A DNA stretch of 64,000 nucleotides. Origin: Nemertoderma westbladi (lineage: Eukaryota > Animalia > Xenacoelomorpha). Below are positions 1 through 10,822 of this stretch, one piece after another; positions within the stretch are counted from its first letter, which is position 1; every line of letters starts with the position of its first letter. The translations under genes were made by a program, and so were the position numbers. Where the stretch lies: assembly GCA_032718475.1 (NCBI GenBank), contig JAUCBJ010001428.1, positions 1 to 64,000 of the forward strand, given 5' to 3'. The notes under the pieces were generated by a model that was not told the origin of the DNA, did no database searches, and saw nothing but the letters and a program-made list of their open reading frames with translations.

Positions 1-3000
1 TGTTGGGAGTGCAATAAAGTAACTGTAGTGAATAAAACATGTTGGGAGTGCAATAAAGTAGCTGAAGGGAATAAAACATGTTGGGAGTGCAATAAAGTAA
101 CTGTAGTGAATAAAACATGTTGGGAGTGCAATAAAGTAGCTGAAGGGAATAAAACATGTTGGGAGTGGAATAAAGTAACTGAAGTGAATAAAACATGTTG
201 GGAGTGGAATAAAGTAACTGAAGTGAATAAAACATGTTGGGAGTGCAATAAAGTAACTGTAGTGAATAAAACATGTTGGGAGTGCAATAAAGTAACTGTA
301 GTGAATAAAACATGTTGGGAGTGCAATAAAGTAGCTGAAGGGAATAAAACATGTTGGGAGTGCAATAAAGTAACTGTAGTGAATAAAACATGTTGGGAGT
401 GCAATAAAGTAACTGTAGTGAATAAAACATGTTGGGAGTGGAATAAAGTAGCTGAAGGGAATAAAACATGTTGGGAGTGCAATAAAGTAACTGTAGTGAA
501 TAAAACATGTTGGGAGAGCAATAAAGTAGCTGAAGGGAATAAAACATGTTGGGAGTGCAATAAAGTATCTGTAGTGAATAAAACATGTTGGGAGTGCAAT
601 AAAGTAGCTGAAGGGAATAAAACATGTTGGCAGTGCAATAAAGTAGCTGAAGGGAATAAAACATGTTGGGAGTGCAATAAAGTAACTGTAGTGAATAAAA
701 CATGTTGGGAGTGCAATAAAGTAGCTGAAGGGAATAAAACATGTTGGGAGTGGAATAAAGTAACTGAAGTGAATAAAACATGTTGGGAGTGCAATAAAGT
801 AACTGTAGTGAATAAAACATGTTGGGAGTGCAATAAAGTAACTGTAGTGAATAAAACATGTTGGGAGTGCAATAAAGTAACTGTAGTGAATAAAACATGT
901 TGGGAGTGCAATAAAGTAGCTGAAGGGAATAAAACATGTTGGGAGTGCAATAAAGTAACTGAAGGGAATAAAACATGTTGGGAGTGCAATAAAGTAACTG
1001 TAGTGAATAAAACATGTTGGGAGTGCAATAAAGTAGCTGAAGGGAATAAAACATGTTGGGAGTGCAATAAAGTAACTGTAGTGAATAAAACATGTTGGGA
1101 GTGCAATAAAGTAGCTGAAGGGAATAAAACATGTTGGGAGTGGAATAAAGTAACTGAAGTGAATAAAACATGTTGGGAGTGCAATAAAGTAACTGTAGTG
1201 AATAAAACATGTTGGGAGTGCAATAAAGTAGCTAAAGGGAATAAAACATGTTGGGAGTGGAATAAAGTAACTGAAGTGAATAAAACATGTTGGGAGTGCA
1301 ATAAAGTAACTGTAGTGAATAAAACATGTTGGGAGTGCAATAAAGTAGCTGAAGGGAATCAAACATGTTGGGAGTGGAATAAAGTAACTGAAGTGAATAA
1401 AACATGTTGGGAGTGGAATAAAGTAACTGAAGTGAATAAAACATGTTGGGAGTGCAATAAAGTAACTGTAGTGAATAAAACATGTTGGGAGTGCAATAAA
1501 GTAACTGTAGTGAATAAAACATGTTGGGAGTGCAATAAAGTAGCTGAAGGGAATAAAACATGTTGGGAGTGCAATAAAGTAACTGTAGTGAATAAAACAT
1601 GTTGGGAGTGCAATAAAGTAACTGTAGTGAATAAAACATGTTGGGAGTGCAATAAAGTAGCTGAAGGGAATAAAACATGTTGGGAGTGCAATAAAGTAAC
1701 TGTAGTGAATAAAACATGTTGGGAGTGCAATAAAGTAGCTGAAGGGAATAAAACATGTTGGGAGTGGAATAAAGTAACTGAAGTGAATAAAACATGTTGG
1801 GAGTGCAATAAAGTAACTGTAGTGAATAAAACATGTTGGGAGTGCAATAAAGTAGCTAAAGGGAATAAAACATGTTGGGAGTGGAATAAAGTAACTGAAG
1901 TGATTAAAACATGTTGGGAGTGCAATAAAGTAACTGTAGTGAATAAAACATGTTGGGAGTGCAATAAAGTAGCTGAAGGGAATAAAACATGTTGGGAGTG
2001 CAATAAAGTAACTGTAGTGAATAAAACATGTTGGGAGTGCAATAAAGTAGCTGTAGTGAATAAAACATGTTGGGAGTGCAATAAAGTAGCTGAAGGGAAT
2101 AAAACATGTTGGGAGTGCAATAAAGTAACTGTAGTGAATAAAACATGTTGGGAGTGCAATAAAGTAGCTGAAGGGAATAAAACATGTTGGGAGTGGAATA
2201 AAGTAACTGAAGTGAATAAAACATGTTGGGAGTGGAATAAAGTAACTGAAGTGAATAAAACATGTTGGGAGTGCAATAAAGTAACTGTAGTGAATAAAAC
2301 ATGTTGGGAGTGCAATAAAGTAACTGTAGTGAATAAAACATGTTGGGAGTGCAATAAAGTAGCTGAAGGGAATAAAACATGTTGGGAGTGCAATAAAGTA
2401 ACTGTAGTGAATAAAACATGTTGGGAGTGCAATAAAGTAACTGTAGTGAATAAAACATGTTGGGAGTGGAATAAAGTAGCTGAAGGGAATAAAACATGTT
2501 GGGAGTGCAATAAAGTAACTGTAGTGAATAAAACATGTTGGGAGAGCAATAAAGTAGCTGAAGGGAATAAAACATGTTGGGAGTGCAATAAAGTATCTGT
2601 AGTGAATAAAACATGTTGGGAGTGCAATAAAGTAGCTGAAGGGAATAAAACATGTTGGCAGTGCAATAAAGTAGCTGAAGGGAATAAAACATGTTGGGAG
2701 TGCAATAAAGTAACTGTAGTGAATAAAACATGTTGGGAGTGCAATAAAGTAGCTGAAGGGAATAAAACATGTTGGGAGTGGAATAAAGTAACTGAAGTGA
2801 ATAAAACATGTTGGGAGTGCAATAAAGTAACTGTAGTGAATAAAACATGTTGGGAGTGCAATAAAGTAACTGTAGTGAATAAAACATGTTGGGAGTGCAA
2901 TAAAGTAACTGTAGTGAATAAAACATGTTGGGAGTGCAATAAAGTAGCTGAAGGGAATAAAACATGTTGGGAGTGCAATAAAGTAACTGAAGGGAATAAA

Positions 3001-6000
3001 ACATGTTGGGAGTGCAATAAAGTAACTGTAGTGAATAAAACATGTTGGGAGTGCAATAAAGTAGCTGAAGGGAATAAAACATGTTGGGAGTGCAATAAAG
3101 TAACTGTAGTGAATAAAACATGTTGGGAGTGCAATAAAGTAGCTGAAGGGAATAAAACATGTTGGGAGTGGAATAAAGTAACTGAAGTGAATAAAACATG
3201 TTGGGAGTGCAATAAAGTAACTGTAGTGAATAAAACATGTTGGGAGTGCAATAAAGTAGCTAAAGGGAATAAAACATGTTGGGAGTGGAATAAAGTAACT
3301 GAAGTGAATAAAACATGTTGGGAGTGCAATAAAGTAACTGTAGTGAATAAAACATGTTGGGAGTGCAATAAAGTAGCTGAAGGGAATAAAACATGTTGGG
3401 AGTGGAATAAAGTAACTGAAGTGAATAAAACATGTTGGGAGTGGAATAAAGTAACTGAAGTGAATAAAACATGTTGGGAGTGCAATAAAGTAACTGTAGT
3501 GAATAAAACATGTTGGGAGTGCAATAAAGTAACTGTAGTGAATAAAACATGTTGGGAGTGCAATAAAGTAGCTGAAGGGAATAAAACATGTTGGGAGTGC
3601 AATAAAGTAACTGTAGTGAATAAAACATGTTGGGAGTGCAATAAAGTAACTGTAGTGAATAAAACATGTTGGGAGTGCAATAAAGTAGCTGAAGGGAATA
3701 AAACATGTTGGGAGTGCAATAAAGTAACTGTAGTGAATAAAACATGTTGGGAGTGCAATAAAGTAGCTGAAGGGAATAAAACATGTTGGGAGTGGAATAA
3801 AGTAACTGAAGTGAATAAAACATGTTGGGAGTGCAATAAAGTAACTGTAGTGAATAAAACATGTTGGGAGTGCAATAAAGTAGCTAAAGGGAATAAAACA
3901 TGTTGGGAGTGGAATAAAGTAACTGAAGTGATTAAAACATGTTGGGAGTGCAATAAAGTAACTGTAGTGAATAAAACATGTTGGGAGTGCAATAAAGTAG
4001 CTGAAGGGAATAAAACATGTTGGGAGTGGAATAAAGTAACTGAAGTGAATAAAACATGTTGGGAGTGGAATAAAGTAACTGAAGTGAATAAAACATGTTG
4101 GGAGTGCAATAAAGTAACTGTAGTGAATAAAACATGTTGGGAGTGCAATAAAGTAACTGTAGTGAATAAAACATGTTGGGAGTGCAATAAAGTAGCTGAA
4201 GGGAATAAAACATGTTGGGAGTGCAATAAAGTAACTGTAGTGAATAAAACATGTTGGGAGTGCAATAAAGTAGCTGAAGGGAATAAAACATGTTGGGAGT
4301 GGAATAAAGTAACTGAAGTGAATAAAACATGTTGGGAGTGGAATAAAGTAACTGAAGTGAATAAAACATGTTGGGAGTGCAATAAAGTAACTGTAGTGAA
4401 TAAAACATGTTGGGAGTGCAATAAAGTAACTGTAGTGAATAAAACATGTTGGGAGTGCAATAAAGTAGCTGAAGGGAATAAAACATGTTGGGAGTGCAAT
4501 AAAGTAACTGTAGTGAATAAAACATGTTGGGAGTGCAATAAAGTAACTGTAGTGAATAAAACATGTTGGGAGTGGAATAAAGTAGCTGAAGGGAATAAAA
4601 CATGTTGGGAGTGCAATAAAGTAACTGTAGTGAATAAAACATGTTGGGAGAGCAATAAAGTAGCTGAAGGGAATAAAACATGTTGGGAGTGCAATAAAGT
4701 ATCTGTAGTGAATAAAACATGTTGGGAGTGCAATAAAGTAGCTGAAGGGAATAAAACATGTTGGCAGTGCAATAAAGTAGCTGAAGGGAATAAAACATGT
4801 TGGGAGTGCAATAAAGTAACTGTAGTGAATAAAACATGTTGGGAGTGCAATAAAGTAGCTGAAGGGAATAAAACATGTTGGGAGTGGAATAAAGTAACTG
4901 AAGTGAATAAAACATGTTGGGAGTGCAATAAAGTAACTGTAGTGAATAAAACATGTTGGGAGTGCAATAAAGTAACTGTAGTGAATAAAACATGTTGGGA
5001 GTGCAATAAAGTAACTGTAGTGAATAAAACATGTTGGGAGTGCAATAAAGTAGCTGAAGGGAATAAAACATGTTGGGAGTGCAATAAAGTAACTGAAGGG
5101 AATAAAACATGTTGGGAGTGCAATAAAGTAACTGTAGTGAATAAAACATGTTGGGAGTGCAATAAAGTAGCTGAAGGGAATAAAACATGTTGGGAGTGCA
5201 ATAAAGTAACTGTAGTGAATAAAACATGTTGGGAGTGCAATAAAGTAGCTGAAGGGAATAAAACATGTTGGGAGTGGAATAAAGTAACTGAAGTGAATAA
5301 AACATGTTGGGAGTGCAATAAAGTAACTGTAGTGAATAAAACATGTTGGGAGTGCAATAAAGTAGCTAAAGGGAATAAAACATGTTGGGAGTGGAATAAA
5401 GTAACTGAAGTGAATAAAACATGTTGGGAGTGCAATAAAGTAACTGTAGTGAATAAAACATGTTGGGAGTGCAATAAAGTAGCTGAAGGGAATCAAACAT
5501 GTTGGGAGTGGAATAAAGTAACTGAAGTGAATAAAACATGTTGGGAGTGGAATAAAGTAACTGAAGTGAATAAAACATGTTGGGAGTGCAATAAAGTAAC
5601 TGTAGTGAATAAAACATGTTGGGAGTGCAATAAAGTAACTGTAGTGAATAAAACATGTTGGGAGTGCAATAAAGTAGCTGAAGGGAATAAAACATGTTGG
5701 GAGTGCAATAAAGTAACTGTAGTGAATAAAACATGTTGGGAGTGCAATAAAGTAACTGTAGTGAATAAAACATGTTGGGAGTGCAATAAAGTAGCTGAAG
5801 GGAATAAAACATGTTGGGAGTGCAATAAAGTAACTGTAGTGAATAAAACATGTTGGGAGTGCAATAAAGTAGCTGAAGGGAATAAAACATGTTGGGAGTG
5901 GAATAAAGTAACTGAAGTGAATAAAACATGTTGGGAGTGCAATAAAGTAACTGTAGTGAATAAAACATGTTGGGAGTGCAATAAAGTAGCTAAAGGGAAT

Positions 6001-6251
6001 AAAACATGTTGGGAGTGGAATAAAGTAACTGAAGTGATTAAAACATGTTGGGAGTGCAATAAAGTAACTGTAGTGAATAAAACATGTTGGGAGTGCAATA
6101 AAGTAGCTGAAGGGAATAAAACATGTTGGGAGTGGAATAAAGTAACTGAAGTGAATAAAACATGTTGGGAGTGGAATAAAGTAACTGAAGTGAATAAAAC
6201 ATGTTGGGAGTGCAATAAAGTAACTGTAGTGAATAAAACATGTTGGGAGTG
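1..6251. repeat. 39-bp tandem satellite (consensus TGTTGGGAGTGCAATAAAGTAACTGTAGTGAATAAAACA), left arm, about 160 monomers, continues beyond the window start
   Basis: Exact 39-bp periodicity with a few recurrent variants (ACTGTAGTG/GCTGAAGGG/ACTGAAGTG; TGC/TGG). The long ORFs here are by-products of a unit length divisible by 3. Confidence 0.98.
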
Positions 6252-6509
6252 TGTTGAAGATATATAAACAGTTATAGATAATCCAGTAACTCAATAATAT
6301 AGTATAATAGCTGACAGTCAAGTTACAGAACTGCACACAGACCTAACACAACTGACAACTGCACAACCTCCTACCTACCGTACCTGTCCAACCGGTAGGC
6401 CTACACCTGATACAGCAACACTAGTACTGTACTGTAGTTTTTCCTTTCTTGTACTACCGTACTATCCCAGTGGCATGGCCTACTATATGTCTCACACAAT
6501 TTCCCAACA
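6252..6509 (-). repeat. 3' LTR of the Gypsy element
   Basis: Identical by eye to 10565-10822; TG...CA termini. Confidence 0.96.
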
Positions 6510-6532
6510 CCTCCCACAGTTTTATAAACTTT

Positions 6533-9500
6533 TTAGTTTTCAAATCCATATCGCTTTGGGGGCCTAGACATTCGGCCTGAACGCGTAACGACCGTGGGTG
6601 GAGCAACCCCTATTGGTATCTCATCTTCATCATCTGTAGGGTCTATTTCATCGTATGATGTTTCATCATCTGTACTATCAACCTCCGTTTCCGATTCGAT
6701 ATCAATTACCCTTTCAATTTCATTATTCGTATTTAATGCTGACTCAACCTGATTTTCTGCATGCGAAACTTTCATCGACTTTCTAACATCTTGAAGGTGT
6801 CGGCGTATTCCTTTCACTATCACTGAACGTTCCTGTACTTGATCGACTCTATGAGGTCCCTTCCATCTCACGGTGCATTTCACATGTGAATCTGGTTTCA
6901 CGAATACGTAGTCCCCAACTTTTATATTTCCGCTTGACCTACAATCGACATCTTCTTTGGGTTGCGATATTTCTGTCACACTAGGTAGCTTCATCTTTCG
7001 TTTTGACAATCCACCAAAGAGCTTCTGAGCTGGAGTTTGCTCTTCACTCCTTCCACAAGTGTTATTGTACCAGAAACAGGATTGTTCCAATTCTTTTCCG
7101 GATCTTGCCGACCATCGTTTGATTGTCCGATGCATGCGTTCTACAGGATTCCCTTTCGGACGGTAGGCGCATGAAGGGATCCGTTTCACTTCCCATTTTC
7201 GTAAAAATATATCGAATTCAGTGCTTCTAAAAGCAGGACCATTATCACAGAGAACTTCATGGGGTGGTCCCATCTCGCAAAAAATCTGTTGAAGTTGTGC
7301 AATTACAGTTGCAGCCGTTTCATCCTTAGCCCCACGACACAATGCATAATTTGACCCACAGTCCAGTATTGTTAAGTATTTTCGTTGATTATACTCTGTG
7401 AAGTCAATCGAATTTCTATACCAGGGTTCGTCAACTTTCGTGGTCCCTTTTTCTACAAAAACAGGATTAGGGTCTATGCTATTGCATTGATCACATTCTG
7501 TGCATATTTCATTCACTAACTTCTTTGGCACAGTTCTAGAATTTAATTCTCTATCAACGTTACATAACTGCATGGTTCTGTCTACACCTTGGTGCGCTAA
7601 TTTGTGTAAATATGTAACACGCTGACGATTGTTTACATTCAATTCCTGTATATCTCCCATTGCAGCGAATGCATCATTATTGGTTTCTTTTACATCCTTA
7701 TCACGGCCAAATTTCAACCAATGTGATGGAATTCTAGTTAACGTGTCCGATAAATTTTTCGCTGATTCAACCCGATGCGGTCGGATTTTTAATTTATATT
7801 CTACTATGATCTCGCTCAGTATATCCAATCGACGCTCAATGAGCTTTCTCGCCTGACCTTTAGTTCGAATTCTGTGTGTGTCGAAAATAACAGCATTCAC
7901 CCAGCTATACACGGTTGATGAATCAATAAAGAGATTAACTACTTTTATGTTCCAATCCACTGCCATGTTAATTCCCTCAATAACCGCATCTAGTTCTGAT
8001 ACATTTATGTGTTGGTTGTCACTTTCTTTGCGAAGCCATGATCTGTCTTCAACTACAACTCCGTCTATCTTTATCAATGCTCCCTTTGCAATTGAGCTGG
8101 CGTCAGTCCATATATCTGCGTGATCTGTAGTACGAACAACCCACTCTCCTTTTACAGGATCATTGTGACATACATTATCGATCGTTTCATTAACCAATTG
8201 TTGTAAACCATCGCCTATATAACTGTCCCATGTTACGCCCGCACTACAGTGTTGTAACCATGCACATGCTGGTCTTAACCATCCTCCCACAGGATAGTGT
8301 CCCCGAAGCTGTCCACATATCGAATGTAACTCTCTCCTAGTGGTTTTTTCTGGAACTTCTGGTAACTTTTGACTCCGTCTCCAATACAATTTATTGTTTT
8401 GTTCATTTCCACAAATTTCTAGACCGAGAACCTTACATCCATTTATTACTGGTTCAGCGTCTTTTGAAATTAACCCATAATCTTTCAGGTGACCCCTTAC
8501 AGCCTCTGTAGGTATTTTATTCGTGTTTACATATACATCGTCTCTGAAGTTATCTGTGGAACTTTGAACCTTTTCATCTTTCTTTAAAACTCCTTCAACA
8601 ATACGGTCCATAATCTTTGGACCAGGACCCAACCCAAATCCCATCCTAGTAACGACATATCGCTTTCCTTCATATACAACAGTTTGGTATGATCGTAGTT
8701 CTTCTTTAATATGAATTTGCATATATGCCCAACGAAGATCGATTACAGCGGTTTGTTCTCCCATCCTCCGCCAGACTCTTAATTTTTCATTGCAGGCAGC
8801 AGCTTCACGACCAGGTGCATTGACGACATGAGAATTCAGTTCTCTATAATCTAAGATCGGCCTTATTCGTTGTTTTTTCTCCTCATATTTTGCCATGATT
8901 GGGATGGTTCCCTTGACTTCTCCATGAATTTCCGGAGAGTATGGAACTATCCATTCTCGCTCGATCCACTCTTCCATAGCAGCTTTATATAATTCGGTGT
9001 GCTCTGGTCGTATGCGATACTCAGTCATTCGATTATTAAGCTGAGGTGGCGTTCCGTCTTTCCACTTCCACTCTGCAGTCCAATTTTTTCCATCATATAC
9101 TACGCGAAAGTCTGAATCTTCTATAATAATATCGGACTGATTGGGTGCTATTTTCTTAGTTAGTGATACTTCGATATTGACTTGTTCCTTCTCTTCAATA
9201 TCTAGCTGTTTAACCTCAGCCCCTACACAACCAAATATGATTGGAGACAACGTTTCAGATCCAATATGTCGGACCACATCGATTCCTAACATTACTGCCC
9301 CTTCACCCAACAATTTTTCTACCACCAATACTGGCCATGTAAAAAGGAATTCAATTGAATTAATGGCAACGAATGTTAATTCAACCTCTCCTATCACTCC
9401 ACAATGCGATTCACCGTCTAACATCGTAATTTCAGATGATCTAATACATTTTTTCACTTCTATTCCATTTTGTTGACACCATAGTTTTGACACTAAACAT

Positions 9501-9646
9501 CTCGAGCAGCCAGTGTCAACCAATGCGGGAATGACTATATTCATTCCTTCAAGTTGAATGCCAACTAATGGGAGATTCCCATTGTGGGGGAAACATCCAT
9601 TGGCTGCGATGAATCCCCCATTCCGTTTCCCGAAGGTTGCCGCCAC
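6533..9646 (-). CDS. pol: Gypsy Pol (aspartic protease, RT, RNase H, integrase), probably made by -1 frameshift from gag
   Basis: ALVDTGC protease; VIDLRWAYMQI and NFRDDVYV RT motifs; WTDAS...ELDAV...IDS...LSDTLTR RNase H; HKLAH...CTECDQC zinc finger; SIDF/CDNG/VER DDE triad; WKGPH (GPY/F-like). No internal stop over 1037 aa. Confidence 0.93.
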   Translation of the reverse strand: MAATFGKRNGGFIAANGCFPHNGNLPLVGIQLEGMNIVIPALVDTGCSRCLVSKLWCQQNGIEVKKCIRSSEITMLDGESHCGVIGEVELTFVAINSIEFLFTWPVLVVEKLLGEGAVMLGIDVVRHIGSETLSPIIFGCVGAEVKQLDIEEKEQVNIEVSLTKKIAPNQSDIIIEDSDFRVVYDGKNWTAEWKWKDGTPPQLNNRMTEYRIRPEHTELYKAAMEEWIEREWIVPYSPEIHGEVKGTIPIMAKYEEKKQRIRPILDYRELNSHVVNAPGREAAACNEKLRVWRRMGEQTAVIDLRWAYMQIHIKEELRSYQTVVYEGKRYVVTRMGFGLGPGPKIMDRIVEGVLKKDEKVQSSTDNFRDDVYVNTNKIPTEAVRGHLKDYGLISKDAEPVINGCKVLGLEICGNEQNNKLYWRRSQKLPEVPEKTTRRELHSICGQLRGHYPVGGWLRPACAWLQHCSAGVTWDSYIGDGLQQLVNETIDNVCHNDPVKGEWVVRTTDHADIWTDASSIAKGALIKIDGVVVEDRSWLRKESDNQHINVSELDAVIEGINMAVDWNIKVVNLFIDSSTVYSWVNAVIFDTHRIRTKGQARKLIERRLDILSEIIVEYKLKIRPHRVESAKNLSDTLTRIPSHWLKFGRDKDVKETNNDAFAAMGDIQELNVNNRQRVTYLHKLAHQGVDRTMQLCNVDRELNSRTVPKKLVNEICTECDQCNSIDPNPVFVEKGTTKVDEPWYRNSIDFTEYNQRKYLTILDCGSNYALCRGAKDETAATVIAQLQQIFCEMGPPHEVLCDNGPAFRSTEFDIFLRKWEVKRIPSCAYRPKGNPVERMHRTIKRWSARSGKELEQSCFWYNNTCGRSEEQTPAQKLFGGLSKRKMKLPSVTEISQPKEDVDCRSSGNIKVGDYVFVKPDSHVKCTVRWKGPHRVDQVQERSVIVKGIRRHLQDVRKSMKVSHAENQVESALNTNNEIERVIDIESETEVDSTDDETSYDEIDPTDDEDEIPIGVAPPTVVTRSGRMSRPPKRYGFEN
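9555..9631 (-). promoter_or_regulatory. Putative -1 ribosomal frameshift signal (slippery G GGA AAC plus downstream pseudoknot)
   Basis: Heptamer GGGAAAC (9631-9625) lies in the gag frame (TCG GGA AAC). It is followed by a GGGGATTCATC/GATGTTTCCCC stem whose loop GCCAA can pair with a downstream TTGGC. Confidence 0.7.
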
Positions 9647-10521
9647 GATGATGCCGCCAAAGCATTATTGCTACCGGAGACCGCATTCGTATACCCTTGT
9701 CTCGTACTGTTACGGCATCCTCTCGCAATATGACCCTCCATTCCACAGTTGTGACACCTGATGACATTTCCACTATTTCTAGCTTGAAAACCATCATAAC
9801 GATCATTACCGGTGCCACCTCTATCAGCTACTGAACAATTCCGAGCCAAGTGGCCCCACGTTCCACAACGGTAACACTGAACATTACTACCAACACCACC
9901 GCTATTTACAATGGGACGAAATCCCCTTCCCCTGTGTGGCCCACCACGAAAACCAGCAGCTCCAATCCCAAAACCGGCAGCTCCAATCCCAATCCCATCT
10001 CTTCCACTTCCGGCTCTCTCTGACAGTATACGCCGAGCTTGTTGCAATAAATCCGTCCAATTTCTCCTGCTCGCCATTGCTTTAACTTCTGACCTAACGC
10101 TCTCAGGTAAACCATTCGCAAACTGAGCCGTTAACATATCCTGTGCACATTGACTATCTATATCCTTTGTAATTAGTGATAGCAACCTCCGCAAATCTGC
10201 TAGAAACGCATCAGCAGACTCATCACTCTTTAATATCCGACTTTTAAACTTATCGTACGCTAGATACGGATTGTCAGCAAACGCCTCGATCAATCGGTCA
10301 CGAACTTCATCGTAGTTATTCTTTTGCTCGTCGTCCAGCTGATTTATAACATCATGAGCTGCTCCCGTCAGCGATAGACGAAAATATGTAACTCGACTCT
10401 CTTCCGTTAGTTTAGATTCCGTTTTGAGAATATTGAAAGTATCGTCAAACGTTGCAATCCACGAGCAGGGATCACCAGTTCCATCATACTTAACGACGTA
10501 ATCCGATAATTTTGGCGCCAT
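9565..10521 (-). CDS. gag: Gypsy Gag with two CCHC zinc knuckles
   Basis: YDGTGDPCSWI capsid-like start; CYRCGTWGHLARNC and CHNCGMEGHIARGC knuckles; overlaps pol in the -1 frame. Confidence 0.93.
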   Translation of the reverse strand: MAPKLSDYVVKYDGTGDPCSWIATFDDTFNILKTESKLTEESRVTYFRLSLTGAAHDVINQLDDEQKNNYDEVRDRLIEAFADNPYLAYDKFKSRILKSDESADAFLADLRRLLSLITKDIDSQCAQDMLTAQFANGLPESVRSEVKAMASRRNWTDLLQQARRILSERAGSGRDGIGIGAAGFGIGAAGFRGGPHRGRGFRPIVNSGGVGSNVQCYRCGTWGHLARNCSVADRGGTGNDRYDGFQARNSGNVIRCHNCGMEGHIARGCRNSTRQGYTNAVSGSNNALAASSWRQPSGNGMGDSSQPMDVSPTMGISH

Positions 10522-10564
10522 AACGATTTAGGTTAAACAATAGATCAGTATAGCCCGGTTAGCT

Positions 10565-10822
10565 TGTTGAAGATATATAAACAGTTATAGATAATCCAGT
10601 AACTCAATAATATAGTATAATAGCTGACAGTCAAGTTACAGAACTGCACACAGACCTAACACAACTGACAACTGCACAACCTCCTACCTACCGTACCTGT
10701 CCAACCGGTAGGCCTACACCTGATACAGCAACACTAGTACTGTACTGTAGTTTTTCCTTTCTTGTACTACCGTACTATCCCAGTGGCATGGCCTACTATA
10801 TGTCTCACACAATTTCCCAACA
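10565..10822 (-). repeat. 5' LTR of the Gypsy element
   Basis: 258 bp, identical by eye to 6252-6509. Confidence 0.96.

Larger units (their letters stand above)
6252..10822 (-). mobile_element. Full-length Ty3/Gypsy LTR retrotransposon (4571 bp) inserted in the satellite
   Basis: Two 258-bp LTRs with TGTTG...CAACA ends; 5-bp TSD GAGTG (6247-6251 and 10823-10827); gag followed by PR-RT-RNaseH-IN; short purine tract (GTGGGAGG on minus) before the 3' LTR. Confidence 0.96.

Noticed and set aside
28-6267. 2079-aa ORF of NKTCWECNKVTVV repeats, which looks like a CxxC metal-binding or glycoprotein repeat
   Set aside because: The unit is 39 bp, so frames stay open trivially. Variants are essentially all non-synonymous, minus-strand frames are open too, there is no ATG or signal peptide, and 38-bp frameshifting units accumulate in the right arm.
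10512-10521. TGGCGCCA resembling a tRNA-Lys PBS in the Gypsy element
   Set aside because: It lies about 44 nt from the LTR, is simply the gag ATG-GCG-CCA start, and the match to a tRNA 3' end stops after 7 nt.
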